Positions 12,300 through 25,610 of a stretch of 64,000 nt of DNA are shown in pieces. A program made the translations under genes and the position numbers. Origin of the DNA: Octopus vulgaris (taxonomy: Eukaryota); NCBI GenBank assembly GCA_951406725.2, contig OX597833.1, forward strand, positions 40,982,001 to 41,046,000. The letters run 5' to 3'. The stretch's first letter is position 1. Each line of letters begins with the position of its first letter. The notes below the pieces were generated by a model, which saw nothing but the letters and a program-made list of their open reading frames with translations, did not search any database and was not told the origin of the DNA.

Positions 12300-12352
<53 letters not shown>

Positions 12353-12569
12353 TACATACATATATATATACACACACACACACACAAATACATACATACA
12401 TACATACATACATACATACACACATACATATATTCATGTATGCGTATAAGTAGAGTAATTACAGATGAAACAATATATGTACAAATAAACACAGAAACAT
12501 CGACTTTGTTGTTTTTATAATTAGAAAGGGGATTACAGATGTTATTGTTGTATACTACTGCGGTTGTGG

Positions 12570-12631
<62 letters not shown>

Positions 12632-12875
12632 TACTGTTGTTTTTGTTGTTGTTCATGGTGGTGGTGGAATTGGCCGGATGGCTTGTTGGCTTGTTGGTTG
12701 GCTGGTTGGCTGGTTGGTTGGTAGCGGTGATGCTGGAACTCCGAGTAGCTGTGGTCGCAATCACTTCATGGTTTGTGTACTGGTGATATATATTGATGAT
12801 GTTCTTTATGAATGTATGTATATATTTTATCAATGTAGCTCACTCCATCCTCTCTGTCTCCCTTTCTCTCCCTCC

Positions 12876-12920
<45 letters not shown>

Positions 12921-12925
12921 ACACA

Positions 12926-13870
12926 CTTGCTGAATGACCCGGCGTTGCCCGGCTTACTGCTGCTCTTATTCAGATTAGTAAACAATAAATATAAAGATAT
13001 ATTCTCATAATTATTTCAAAATATCTATATTTTATTAAGAAATATCTATCCAAATTGTAATAATAGATTTCGAACTGGAAATCTGTCAATGTTGAAGCAC
13101 TTCATGGTAAACAATATCCATTGTGTAATTTTTTGTTGGTGTCGAAATGAATAAACTGTTGCTGTTTCCAACTCTCGAGCAAGCAACATAGAGTTGGCCG
13201 TGGGAGAAGTAAGTAGTAGAGAGATCAAGTGCAGCAACCTTGAAGGATTGAACCTGAGATGTTAATTCAAATACCAAAGCTTAGTTTGACTAGAAACTGA
13301 AGCATCTTAAATTCAAATGGAACATCTGTAGGTATGAGAGGAATCTTGAGAATAAAGACATTTTCTCCTTTGTGACTACCTGTTATGATTGTTACCTGTA
13401 GAACATGGTGCTTCATGGGTGTAAAAATTAAGCGAGTTCCATTTCACAGGTGAGATGGGTCAAGATTCTCAAGCAACATAATGGGAGCACCCATTTTTTG
13501 TGTCATGTTATGCGGCGACATCCCAGCGGATTTGTGTTCAGAAATTCAACGGGGTATTGAGCAACTTGATCATGATCACCTGTAGTCAATTGATCGGAAA
13601 GTCATTTCTGATCTTGATGTATCTGTTAACTTTTGAAGAAGTTCATGATTGCGTTTATCAACAATTTCATTAGTTGGAGCTAGTATAGCGCATTCAAATA
13701 ACTAGTTAACATCAGTGTAATTGACAGATGAATAAGAAAAATTTTATCCATAAGATCCTTAAGAGAAAGTACTATTTGACCGCATGTAATTTCATGTAGT
13801 TGAAGCCTTGAGTTGAATGTTGTTATCCCATTACCAATCTTAAGAAGCTTGTATGATCATCTTTTAGAAG
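12926..13870 (-). mobile_element. 3' part of a Helitron: decayed PIF1-family helicase plus terminal hairpin
   Basis: Minus frames: YPVEFLN, GAPIMLLENLDP, IPLIPTDVPFEFK, FSHGQLYVACSRVG. Terminus gccgggcaacgccgggtcattcagcaag|t (hairpin plus CTAG-like end). Confidence 0.9.
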
Positions 13871-14296
13871 TATTCTGATGTTGCTGTAAGATGAAGTTTT
13901 TTCACGTTTCTCCTAAAGTACGATATTTTGAAGCATGCATTGACGTCATCATATAAGTACACACGCACACACTCAGAGAAAGAGAGTGTGTGTGTGTGTG
14001 AGAGAGAGAGGTGTATACACCCATATGTACATGTATGTGCGTATGCGCAAGCGTGTGCGCATGCGCACAAACAGCTGTTGTTTTACTCTGTTGCTACTCG
14101 GAGTTGGTGCCACACGCGGTCGCTTGAGCGACACTGAGATGAAAAAAGTTTTGTTTTTTTTCTCTCGTTTGTTTTTAAAACATACAGACAGACAGACGCA
14201 TAGACAGGGACACACACACACGCACACACACACATATGTAGATACATATTTACACCCCATCCCGTATATACGCATGCACAGCTATATAATTATGCT

Positions 14297-14444
<148 letters not shown>

Positions 14445-14446
14445 CA

Positions 14447-14480
<34 letters not shown>

Positions 14481-14683
14481 TACAAATATGCGTGTGTATG
14501 TGTATACACACATACATACATATATATATATGGTTGTGTCTGTATGTTCTGTACGCATCAGTAGGGGATGTTAATTTTATTTATTTACTTTTTCTACAAA
14601 AAAAATGCTTGGTAGGAGGGGGAGGTCGGAAATTTGATTCCGTAAATCTTGAGTTGACGTTTAAATAATCCCTTAATACACAC

Positions 14684-14729
<46 letters not shown>

Positions 14730-15251
14730 GCACGCACGCACGCACGCACGCATACTCACACATACCAAATTCTCATCGACTAACCAAACTACAATTTTTA
14801 CATATACACCACCAGGAACACAACTAATGCCACCACCAGCAGCAACAACAACAACAACAACAACAACGGCAACGACCACAACAGCATTATGAAGAGCCAA
14901 CGGAAAGTCCTCTATGCAGACCGTTTGTCCTGCAAGAAATAGCAACCAAATTTCTCTAGGCTTACACCTAACTGTTCTTGACCAACAAAAAGCCAATGTA
15001 GAAGCCAACGAAGAAACCTCAAGTGAATCTCGTGATAAGTGAGAAATAGCAGCCAAAATATTCTGAAATCATACCTTATCTTCTTTGAAAAAAAAAGGAA
15101 GAAAAGTTTGCATAATGCAGTACAGTATACAAAAAGCTGTGGTGGCCATAGATGGACTGCTTTGTTCATAGCCCAACTCGATCAGGTTTCCCCCGTAGCT
15201 AAACAATACTAACAACAAATGGAACACTCCCTCATCGATATCATCGCAAAG

Positions 15252-15481
15252 GCGGCGAGCTGGCAGAATCGTTAGCACGCCGGGCGAAATGCTTATCGGT
15301 ATTTCGTCTGCCGCTACGTTATGAGTTCAAATTCCGCCGAGGTCGACTTTGCCTTTCATCCTTTCGGGGTCGATTAAATAAGTACCAGTTACTCACTGGG
15401 GTCGATATAATCGACTTAATCCGTTTGTCTGTCCTTGTTTGTCCCCTCTGTGTTGAGCCCCTTGTGGGTAGTAAAGAAAGA
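15252..15481 (+). mobile_element. Full-length SINE family A with 15-bp TSD
   Basis: TSD gatatcatcgcaaag at 15237-15251 and 15482-15496. Confidence 0.92.
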
Positions 15482-15783
15482 GATATCATCGCAAAGTAGG
15501 CAACTGAGTCGGAACTTCGAAGTCACAGCCTACCTTTTCCTATAAAAATGTGATGTAATTAATGTTTGATAGTTTTTCAAACATATTATAACTATACATA
15601 AAAACATATTAATTTGTTTTAGTTTTTTTTTTTTACTTGTTTCAGTCATTAGAGTGCGGCCATGCTGGATCACTGATTTGAAGAATTTTAGTCTAATGAA
15701 TCGATCCCAGTTCTCCTCCTTTCTTTTTAAACCTGATACTTATTCTATCGACCATTTTTGCCGAGTCGCTAAGTTACGAGAAC

Positions 15784-15843
<60 letters not shown>

Positions 15844-16386
15844 TATATATATATACATGTGTGTGTGTGCATACGTGTGTGTGCATACATGTGTGTGTAC
15901 ATATATACACATACATACATATACAAGATGCATCCAGCCATCATCCAGCTAGCCTTACATACATACATACATACATATTTTTACCAGCATCTTTGATGTA
16001 GTAAAACAAGAAATTTTAAATTCAGTTTTATTACACCCTTAGTGATCATAACAATCATTATCTAAAAAAAATTGATTAAATAAATTCTGGTCGTTAAAAA
16101 TCAAGGGGAAACAATTCATAAATTTTAATTAAATAAAATTAATTTGACACTGACACCTGTGGACATATTTTAGTCTTATAAGATCTCAGCAAAGTATAGT
16201 CTGTCAGTTATTTAAGAACTTAGGATGACTAAAGAGAAATAGGCAGATTTTTTGTAAATGATCAAGGCTCACCTGAGCATGCGCTGTTTGATACTGCATC
16301 TAATTCCAAATGACACAGTGATTGAACTCACATAATCAGTTACCCTTCTCCCTATCACCCCAAAATACCTTTAATACCACAGAATA

Positions 16387-16796
16387 GGCGCAGGAGTGGC
16401 TGTGTGGTAAGTAGCTTGCTTACCAACCACATGGTTCCGGGTTCAGTCCCACTGTGTGGCATCTTGGGCAAGTGTCTTCTGCTATAGCCCCGGGCCGACC
16501 AATGCTTTGTGAGTGGATTTGGTAGACGGAAACTGAAAGAAGCCTGTCGTATATATATGTATATATATATATATATGTATGTATGTGTATATGTTTGTGT
16601 GTCTGTGTTTGTCCTCCTAGCATTGCTTGACAACCGATGCTGGTGTGTTTACGTCCCCGTCACTTAGCGGTTCGGCAAAAAAGACCGATAGAATAAGTAC
16701 TGGGCTTACAAAGAATAAGTCCCGGGGTCGATTTGCTCGACTAAAGGCGGTGCTCCAGCATGGCCGCAGTCAAATGACTGAAACATGTAAAAAGAG
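16387..16796 (+). mobile_element. Full-length SINE family B (tRNA head, CORE-like block, internal microsatellite)
   Basis: ggcgcaggagtggctgtgtggtaag, box B gggttcagtccc, cttgggcaagtgtcttc, then (TA)/(TG), then gtgctccagcatggccgcagtcaaatgactgaaac. Confidence 0.9.
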
Positions 16797-16996
16797 CAAA
16801 GAGAAGGAGAATAACATTGCAAAACCATCTTGAAATCTATGGAGCGTCTACACAGACCCTCCTCATGCTAGAAGTTTCAGTTGAGGCTCTCTCAAATCAC
16901 AAAACCGAGTTAAAGAAGGCTGTAACACCAATGCAGGTCCTAATAAACTTCTATCCTTTACTTGTTTCGGTCATTGGATTGCTGTCCAATATGTGT

Positions 16997-17030
<34 letters not shown>

Positions 17031-17177
17031 TATTTTGGACTAATGAGTATATGGCAATTAGTGTGTTGATGTGTTGAGTAAAGCACTGGCACAGTTTGGA
17101 CTACCTGGTATCATCTGTAGTTGAGGTATATGTCTGTTAAATCTATTTCAGGAATTCCGCAGTGTTAGTTGAGATAA

Positions 17178-17333
17178 TAATCGATTAAGCAAACATATGG
17201 AATTGGTATAACTCTTTGATGCGACACAATTTGATGCACAAAATCCCACAGTCGCAAAATGGGTCGAAACGATCATCGTACAAAATAGTTATACCAATTC
17301 CTTTTCTGTATGTGTATATATATATATATATGC

Positions 17334-17389
<56 letters not shown>

Positions 17390-17541
17390 ATGCGTATATA
17401 TATATACATACAGAAATGGAATTGGTATAACTATTTTGTACGATGATCGTTTCGACCCATTTTGCGACTGTGGGATTTTGTGCATCAAATTGTGTCGCAT
17501 CAAAGAGTTATACCAATTCCATATGTTTGCTTAATCGATTA
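17178..17541. repeat. Near-perfect 136-bp inverted repeat around a (TA)/(TG) spacer
   Basis: Arms 17178-17313 and 17406-17541 with one mismatch seen. Each arm has its own 15-bp inverted ends ggaattggtataact/agttataccaattcc. A third diverged copy lies at ~17558-17660. Confidence 0.95.
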
Positions 17542-17659
17542 AGTAAAATCGATATACATAATCGATTAAGTAAACAGAAATGGAATTGGTATAACTCTTT
17601 TGTACGACGATCGTTTCGACCCACCTTACGATTGTCCTTTATGGGTGGGATCTTGCGCA

Positions 17660-18010
17660 TCGTATTATTGGAAAATTGTGGACCCTATCGTAATGGGACA
17701 AGACTGTGTAAATTGTGCTTAGCAGGAATATTTATTATTCTCATGAACTCACATGAGCCAGGAGGCTACCTTAACTCCAGGACGGAAACTGTGGGGAAAG
17801 TTTTACTTCAAAATTGGAAAACCTAGTTATCAAGCGAAAGAAGACAACTCGCCCGGCTATATTTTAAAAGAGGATTATTTCTTGAACTATCATCGGCGTT
17901 CTTGTGTTTTAAAACAAACATTCTTTGCAGAGAACGGTTACTGTTTAAAGAAACTGAAGAGATGTCTAGTTTACGCTGGATATGAAACCAATGGCTTTTT
18001 GTAAACTTAC
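17660..18010 (+). mobile_element. 3' end of a Penelope-like element: GIY-YIG endonuclease C-terminus, 3' UTR and hammerhead
   Basis: LLENCGPYRNGTRLCKLCLAGIFIIL...YLNSRTE matches the CxLC...LNxRxE end of PLE endonucleases. Stop at 17826, hammerhead at 17949-18000, then (TA)n. Confidence 0.75.
17949..18000 (+). ncRNA. Hammerhead ribozyme relic in PLE 3' UTR
   Basis: agaaa, CUGAAGA, G, AUGUCUAG tttacg CUGGAUAU, GAAA, CC aau GG, C, UUUUU. U16.1 is missing, so the motif is probably inactive. Confidence 0.6.
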
Positions 18011-18041
18011 GTTACGTTACATATACACAAATATATATATA

Positions 18042-18092
<51 letters not shown>

Positions 18093-18098
<6 letters not shown>

Positions 18099-18350
18099 CT
18101 ATAAACTACAGTAGCATCATTCCATATGGGTCAGCCACACTTAAGTGGCAAATATACTTCACTTAATTCATAGTATTTTCCCATTATGCGCCAGTTTGGC
18201 TGAGTAACATAGCAAGCAAGCAAGTAAGATTCAATGTTACCCACTCAAACTGGCGCATAAGGGGAAATGCTATGAATTAAGTGAAGTATATTTGTCACCT
18301 AAATGTCGCTGACCCATATGGGACGATGCTACTGTAGTTTATAGCCCTAT
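18093..18350. repeat. Imperfect ~118-bp inverted repeat starting directly at a (TA)n tract
   Basis: atagggctataaactacagtagcatc...gagtaacat (18093-18210) versus atgttac...gatgctactgtagtttatagccctat (18234-18350). Confidence 0.9.
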
Positions 18351-19389
18351 CTCCTCCAGCTGGCTAACGACACACGCTCAGAGATTTATGATTACTATGA
18401 ATTCAGTTTACCCTGAAATGTCAATACGAACGGAATAAAACACGTTTCGCAAAAATCAGAGCAGTAGTTATTGAGATATTCGGGGTTTGGGTATATAAAC
18501 ACCCAAAACTGTGCATAATGGGAAAATGTTCCGAATATAACTTCATCCTGCAAGGGAAGAAATTCTAACCTTTTGACTAGACAGTAATTTGAGAACGGAA
18601 AGATACGATTATTTTTTTTTACAATAAATGTTTCTATTTTCGACTTTGTTAAACACAATATTTTAATCATTTAGAAATATTTTTATATGAATATGATTTC
18701 AAAAATGTAAGTTGTTTGTACAGTAAGTATTTATATTTTAGCTATCTTTAATCAGACAATATTTTAACGTTTTTTAAAATTATTTTCCATAACAAAAAAA
18801 ATTTGAGGCATATTTAAAAATATTTCAAAGTAAAAGTGACTTTAAAAATACAGTAAATATTTCGTAAAAAAGCCCTGTTCGTAACCTCATGTATGTATGT
18901 ATGTATGTATGTATGTATGTATGTATGTATGTATGTATGTATAGTTCATAGATGAGATTCAGAGATTTTCCGCAGAGAAGCCACTTAGTAGAGCTCAAAG
19001 GATTCTGACTTAGACTTCGATGTCTTTACAGGGGATCATTCCACAAAGTAAAGAAAGGCTATAACAGGGATTGAGTTGAGCGGGTATAGAGGCAATTATG
19101 CAGATAAACAAATTAGATACACGAAATACATTAAACATGTTACATATATTAGTTTGGGTACGAGATGCAAAATATGTCTATATGTATACATGCAAAAGGA
19201 GGTAAAGCAAAAGGCGAAAACTTTCAGGTGATGAATTTTTAAGTATGAATATACAGATATTTATATTAATGGGTCCAACTTACACAGAGTACAAACGACA
19301 GAGAAAATTAAAAGGGTGAGAGAAAGGTGTTATAAGTTCAACAGCTGTTTCTGGGGCTCGGCGATCCATAATAATGTTGGTAGATTTAG

Positions 19390-19524
19390 TTCATCACAAT
19401 ATGCGACTTTATGGGTGCAATTAATATTGGCTTGGACAAGCCTCCGTCATCTTCTCTACCCAGACGACGGAGACTCGTTCTATCCAATGTTAATTGCATC
19501 CATACGGTCGCATATTGTGATGAG
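19390..19524. repeat. Old ~62-bp-arm hairpin
   Basis: tcatcacaatatgcgac...ctccgtcatct, 9-nt loop, agacgacggag...gtcgcatattgtgatga; about 11 differences between the arms. Confidence 0.85.
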
Positions 19525-19529
19525 CCAAT

Positions 19530-20208
19530 CACAATCACCACCATTACCATCATCATCATCATCATCACTACCTCTACCATGCTCTGTAACTACTATGGCT
19601 ACTGCCACTGCATCTGCCAATAACATCAACAACATCCATACCACCATCATCACCACTACCAATACAGACCACCATTCCCACCACCACCACCATTATTACT
19701 CCACCATTATCATCACCACCATTGCCACCATCACCATCACCGCCACCGCTGCCACCACCGCCAACATCACTACCATCACCACCACTAGTGCCACCAGCAC
19801 TACCACTCCCACCATCTCCACCACCACTACCATCGCCACCACCGTCGCCGCCACCACCACGAACACCATCACCAGCACCTTTTTCACACCACCACTGCCG
19901 CCATCACTTCCATCACCACCACCACCATTCCCACCATTACCTCCCACCATCATCACCGCTACCGCCACCACCACCACCACGACTACGAACATTACGACGA
20001 CGACAACGACGACAACGACCACCACCACCACCACCATCATCACCACCAGCCCATCATCGGAGTGTATATAATTCTTCTCTCCCCCCTCCACCCCACCCGC
20101 ACCCCTACATCTACCACACGGAGACTCCACAATGCGGTAGGTAATTGAAAATATCTATAGCAGAAGTCATTAGTCTGTTATTAGCCGTAAATAAATTGTT
20201 TCATTCTG

Positions 20209-20244
<36 letters not shown>

Positions 20245-20986
20245 AACGACCACGACGACGATAACGACGAAGACTATAAGAGCAACACCCAATACACAAA
20301 AGAAAAAAGCGGTATGCAATCAACAACAACAAAACTACCGCCTTCAGCAGCACCAACACCAACAACAACACTACAATACCCATAATATGATGGCCAAAAC
20401 AAATGTCTCTCAAATGAAATAATAGAAGAGGGCAACGTTTATGGTGGTAGTGGTAGTGGTAGTGGTGGTGGTGGTGGTGGTGGTGGTGGTGGTGGTGGTG
20501 GTGGTGGTGGTGGAGGTGGTGGTGGTGCTAGTGCTGATGGTGGTGGTGGTGGTGGTGGCGGCTGCAGCGGTGGTGGTGGGGGGTGAGGGGGCAAAGCTGA
20601 TGATAGTAATGTTAGGGGTGGTGGTTGTGGTTGTGGTGGTGGTGGTGGTGGTGGTGGTGGTGGTGGTGGTGCTAGTGCTGATGGTGGTGGTGGTGGCTGC
20701 AGCGGCGGTGGTGGGGGGGGGGGGGGAAGAGGGCAAAGCTGATGATAGTAATATTAGTGGTGGTGGTCGTCGCCGTCGTCATCGTGCTAGTGGTGCTAGT
20801 GGCAATTCTGATGATAGCGATGGTGATGATGGTAATAGTGGTGGTGGTGGTGGTGGTGGTGGTGGATGATAGCAATGATGGTCTTGATGGTGATGACGAT
20901 GGTGATAATGATGACGATGGTGATGATGGTGATGATGATGACGATGGTGATGATGGTGATGACGATGATGATGATGACGACGATGG

Positions 20987-21023
<37 letters not shown>

Positions 21024-21025
21024 AG

Positions 21026-21056
<31 letters not shown>

Positions 21057-21205
21057 AGTGATGACGATGGTGATGATGGTGATGACGATGATGATGATGA
21101 CGACGATAGTGATGATGGTAATGACGACGACGACGATGATGATGACGATGATGATGATGATGATAATGATGACGATTATGATGATGATGATGATAGTGAT
21201 GATGT
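19530..21205. repeat. Compound trinucleotide low-complexity block: (CAC/CAT)n, (CAA)n, (GGT)n, (GAT)n
   Basis: Direct reading; includes a ~145-bp internal duplication (gctagtgctgatgg...ggcaaagctgatgatagtaat). Confidence 0.9.
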
Positions 21206-21523
21206 CCGCGATAATTGCCTTGCTTATGGTTGCGACGTTAGTAACAAGAAAACAGCGTGGGTTATTGCGAAGATATAAAAATAGGAAAGTAAAGGAAGAA
21301 GACATGACGAACCAAAGAAAAAGGAAATGGGAAGCGTATGAAGAAAACAGAACAAGAAAAAAATCCAATTCCCACCACCACCACCACTACCACCATTTAT
21401 TTTTTACATCTTGAGGTTGATTGACAATAAATGTCCCATCAGGTCTTCAGTTTCGATTCCTCACTGTAACCTTTCACTAGGCCTCCGTTGTAATCGCTTG
21501 ATCCACAGAAGGGCCCGACTACC

Positions 21524-21941
21524 TATTTCTTTATTACCCACAAGGGGCTAAACATAGAGGGGACAAACAAGGACAGACAAAGGTATTAAGTCGATTACAT
21601 CGACGCCAGTGCATAACTGGTACTTAATTTATTGACCCCGAAAGGATGAAAGGCAAAGTCGATCTCGGCTGAATTTGAACTCAGAACGTAACGCCAGCCG
21701 AAATACCTATTTCTTTACTACTCACAAGGGGCTAAACACAGAGAGGACAAACAAGGACAGACAAAGGTATTAAGTCGATTATATCGACCCCAGTGCGTAA
21801 CTGGTACTTAATTTATCGACCCCGAAAGGATGAAAGACAAAGTCGACCTCGGCGGAATTTGAACTCAGAACGCAGCGGCGGACGAAATACCGTAAAACAT
21901 TTCGCCTAGCGTACTAACGTTTCTGCCAGCTCGCCGCCTTC
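21524..21941 (-). mobile_element. Dimeric SINE family A (one head, two bodies) with 15-bp TSD
   Basis: TSD aagggcccgactacc at 21509-21523 and 21942-21956; internal junction aaagaaata|ggtatttcg. Confidence 0.9.
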
Positions 21942-22439
21942 AAGGGCCCGACTACCACCACAATTTTCTAATCACTCCCTCAATCATCCTGATAGGACTG
22001 AATTGTCGTGCTGGGTATTAAAGGAGAGTAAAGAGCCCGGTGAGTGTGGTGGGTAGGATGGCTAAAACAGTTGAACGATATTTACATAATGTAGGAGCTT
22101 GATTTAATTATATACACCCGGGCTGTGACTTGTGCTATTTCAACAATTCTCTCCCTTTCTCCTGTCGCTCTCCTTTTCACTGTGCAAAATGTTAATTCGC
22201 AAAGAATCTGGAAAAGTGTGGTGGTGGTTGTGGTGAGTGGTAGTAAAAGAAAGATTGGAGAAATATGTGTGACGTCAAAGTCTGTTTAACTTCTTTCGTT
22301 CTCTCTTTGATCTCTCTTTCCCTTTCTCTTCGGAATGATGGAATAGAGTGAGAGAATGAGAGAGAGAGGGAGGGAGAGATCAAGAATTTGAGACACAAAT
22401 GAAGAAAGAGTGACATACATAGTGATAGTGGGGAGAAGA

Positions 22440-23187
22440 GTAATATTGGTTATTGACACCGAAAGGATGAAAGGTAAAGTCAACCTCCGTAGAATTTGAA
22501 CTCAGAATGTAAAGACCGACGAAATGCAGATGAGCATTTTGCCCGGGGTGCTAACGATTCTGCCAGATCGGCGCCTTAGGAAAAAGAGGAACAGCGATTT
22601 CAAATTTTGGTACAAGGCTAGCAATTTCTGCGGACAGGTAAATCGATTAAATCGACCCCAGCACTCAACTGCAACTTATTTTAGCGACCATGAAAGGATG
22701 ACAGGCAAAATCGACCACGGAGGAATTTGAACACGGAACGTAAACAAATGAAATACCGCTAAGCATTTCGTCCAGCGTGCTAGTGATCCTTTTCTACTCT
22801 AGGCACAAGGCCCGAAATTTTGGGTGGAGGGGACCAGTCGATTACATCGACCTCAGTACGCAACTGGTACTTAATTTATCGACTCCGAAAGGATGAAAGG
22901 CAAAGTCGACCTCAGCGGAATTTCAACTCAGAACGTTAAGAGAGACAAAATACCCATTTCTTTACTACCCACAAGGGGCTAAACACAGAGAGGACAAACA
23001 AGGACAGACAAACGGATTAAGTCGATTATATCGATCCCAGTGCGTAACTGGTACTTATTTAATCAACCCCGAAAGGATGAAAGGCAAAGTCGAGCTCGGC
23101 GGAATTTGAACTCAGAACGTAATGCCAGACGAAATACGGCTACGCATTTCGCCCGGCGTGCTAACGTTTCTGCTAGCTCGCCGCCTT
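22440..23187 (-). mobile_element. Cluster of four head-to-tail SINE-A units of different ages and tails
   Basis: Repeated gaaaggatgaaaggcaaagtcgacctc...atttgaactcagaac blocks; the youngest ends gctcgccgcc at ~23185. Confidence 0.85.
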
Positions 23188-23566
23188 GAAAAGAAGAGTA
23201 ATGCCTTTGGTTCGTTTACATTTGTATCGCTGTCTTCTGTAGCAGCTTTTTAAAACAACTACTGGATTCCTACGTTTTGAAGTTTTAGAAATAGTATCCA
23301 AATCCTCGTTTAATTACCCCTTCCGTCTAATAGAGACATAGCATCGATTTTCAGCAACTTTTGTTTCCAAAGTCTTTCCGGATTGCCAAATCTTCCGAAC
23401 CAGAAATCGTTACCTTAGTCAAGACACTCTAAATTAAACAAATAGTGAATTTACGTAAATGCATGAAACACAGATATTTGTGCATTAGTATAAAAGATAC
23501 ACGCTTATTATCACTGTACTATGCTAAGTACCAGTAAACTACTAGAACTTGACGTTCCGGCTCGTA

Positions 23567-23882
23567 ATTTTTTTTTTTTTTGCGCCCTTTTAAAGCCTAG
23601 CCAGGCTCATGGGCCCGGTATCCTGGTTTCTATTGCGTATGTGTTCCCCCCAGCTGGACGGGACGCAAGTCCATCGCAGCGTTACTCAAGAAACAGGAAG
23701 AAAGAGTGAGAGAAAGTTGGGGCGAAAGAGTACAACAGGGGTCGTCACCACCCCCTGCCGGAGCCTCGTGGAGCTTTAGGTGTTTTCGCTCAATAAACAC
23801 ACACAACGCTCGGTCTGGGAATCGAAACCGCGATCCTCCGACCGCAAGTCTGCTGCCCCAACCACTGGGCCATTGCGCCTCC
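23567..23882 (-). mobile_element. Full-length SINE family C with poly(A) tail
   Basis: Reverse complement ggaggcgcaatggcccagtggttggggcagcagacttgcggtc...gcgatggacttgcgtcccgtccag...aaaagggcgc(A)n. Confidence 0.9.
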
Positions 23883-24110
23883 ACATGCTCCTAAATTAAT
23901 GTCTGGGAAATCGCTATTATACCTGTATATGTATATTTTAGTAATGAGCCAACATGGGAGTCTTTACATGTCTCAGCATGTAAGAAGTAACAACGAAATC
24001 TGTTAATATGTATGCATGAACCAACAAGGGGACCTCTACATTGAAGTTGGACTTGGTAGAAATAGCAGCTAAATTTCCCTGAAATCACACCCGACAGTCT
24101 AACGTATTCA

Positions 24111-24334
24111 TTTATTCTTTTACATGTTTCAGTCATTTGACTGCGATCATGCTAGAGCATCACCTTGAACATCTTTTAGTCGAATGAATTGTTTCCAGTA
24201 CTTATTTTTTAAAGCTTGGTAATTATTCTATCGGTCTCTTATGCCGAACCGCTAACTTACAGGGACGCCAACACACCAACACCGGCTGCTAAGCGGTGAT
24301 GGGGGCACAAACATAGACACAAAGATATACACGC

Positions 24335-24380
<46 letters not shown>

Positions 24381-24544
24381 CCGACAGGCTTCTTTCAGTT
24401 TCTGTCTACCAAATTCACTCACAAGGCTTTGGTCGGCCCGAGGTAATTGCAGAAGACACTTGCCCAAGGTGACATGCAGTAGGACTGACCCCGGACCTAT
24501 GTGGTTGGGAAGCAAATTTCTTACCACACAGCCACGCCTGCGCC
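24111..24544 (-). mobile_element. SINE family B
   Basis: Collinear reverse complement of 16387-16796 with internal (TA)n. Confidence 0.88.
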
Positions 24545-25397
24545 TATGCATAGATGGATGAGCCAACGAGTGAGACTTACATGGTGGTTAGACTTGATAG
24601 AAATAGCAAATAAATCTCCTTCAAATCACACCTTGCGTGTATATATATATGTGTATGTGTGCGTTTACGTACGTATGTATGCATGCATGCATGTATGTAT
24701 GTATGTATGCATGTATGTATGTATGTATGTATGTATGTATGTATGTATGTATGTATGTATGAGCCAAGAAAAGAAACTTTTAAATGGTAGTTCAACCTGC
24801 AAGAAATAACAACCAAATCGTTCCCCAATCACATCGTACTGACTACTGTTTGGATATATATGTTTGCATAGGCCAGCGTAAAAGCCTCTATATGTAATTG
24901 CAACCAGCTAGAATTAGCAACCAAATTTCTTTTAAACCACATCCTGCTGGCAAATATATTGAAACGTGTATGTGTCAAAAAGAAAGTCCGTGACATGGCA
25001 AATAGTCCTGATGGATAAAAAAAAAAAGCAGCTAAATCGTGATCAACCCATAAACTAGATTTTCCTAAATTCTCCATCAAATATGTCATACCCCATATCC
25101 TGGTTGTCGCAGTCATATTAGGACAATTTTACTGTATACAATAATTTTACTATCAGAATTTCACTGCAACCAACAGGTTTTCAATTTTATTGAAAAGGCT
25201 TCCATTTCTTGTCAGCCTCATCTTTGCTATGGTCATCGATCCATCTCAAGAGCAATTATTTTAAAAGGTGTTGGACTGAACCTGGTGAATAAAATCAATA
25301 AAGCACCTCGGGGTAAAACCAAGAATATTGTTTACTCTGAGGTTTTAGACAGCACAAGTGAATAAGAAATTTATCCTACTTCAGTGATAATAGACAG

Positions 25398-25610
25398 AGC
25401 GGCTCCGGCAGAAGGTAATAGCGAACTTCTGCTGACTCTTTCGCCACAACTTTCTTTCACTCTTTCCTCCTGCATCTTGCAGCTCACCTACGACGGACCG
25501 GCGTCCCGTCCAGGTGGGGAACCTATACGCCAAGGAAACCGGGAAACCGGCCCTATGAGCCAGACGTGGCTCGAGAAGGAACAAGCAACAACAACAACAA
25601 CAACAACAAC
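25398..25610 (+). mobile_element. 5'-truncated SINE family C variant with (CAA)n tail
   Basis: ggctccggcag...actctttcgccacaactttctttcactctttc...ggcgtcccgtccagg...gaaaccggg. Confidence 0.75.

Noticed and set aside
19316-21414. Thr-rich 251-aa mucin-like ORF and Asp-rich 178-aa biomineral-like ORF
   Set aside because: They are built from trinucleotide repeats open in several frames on both strands. No signal peptide or splice evidence was seen, though expression data would be needed to exclude them fully.
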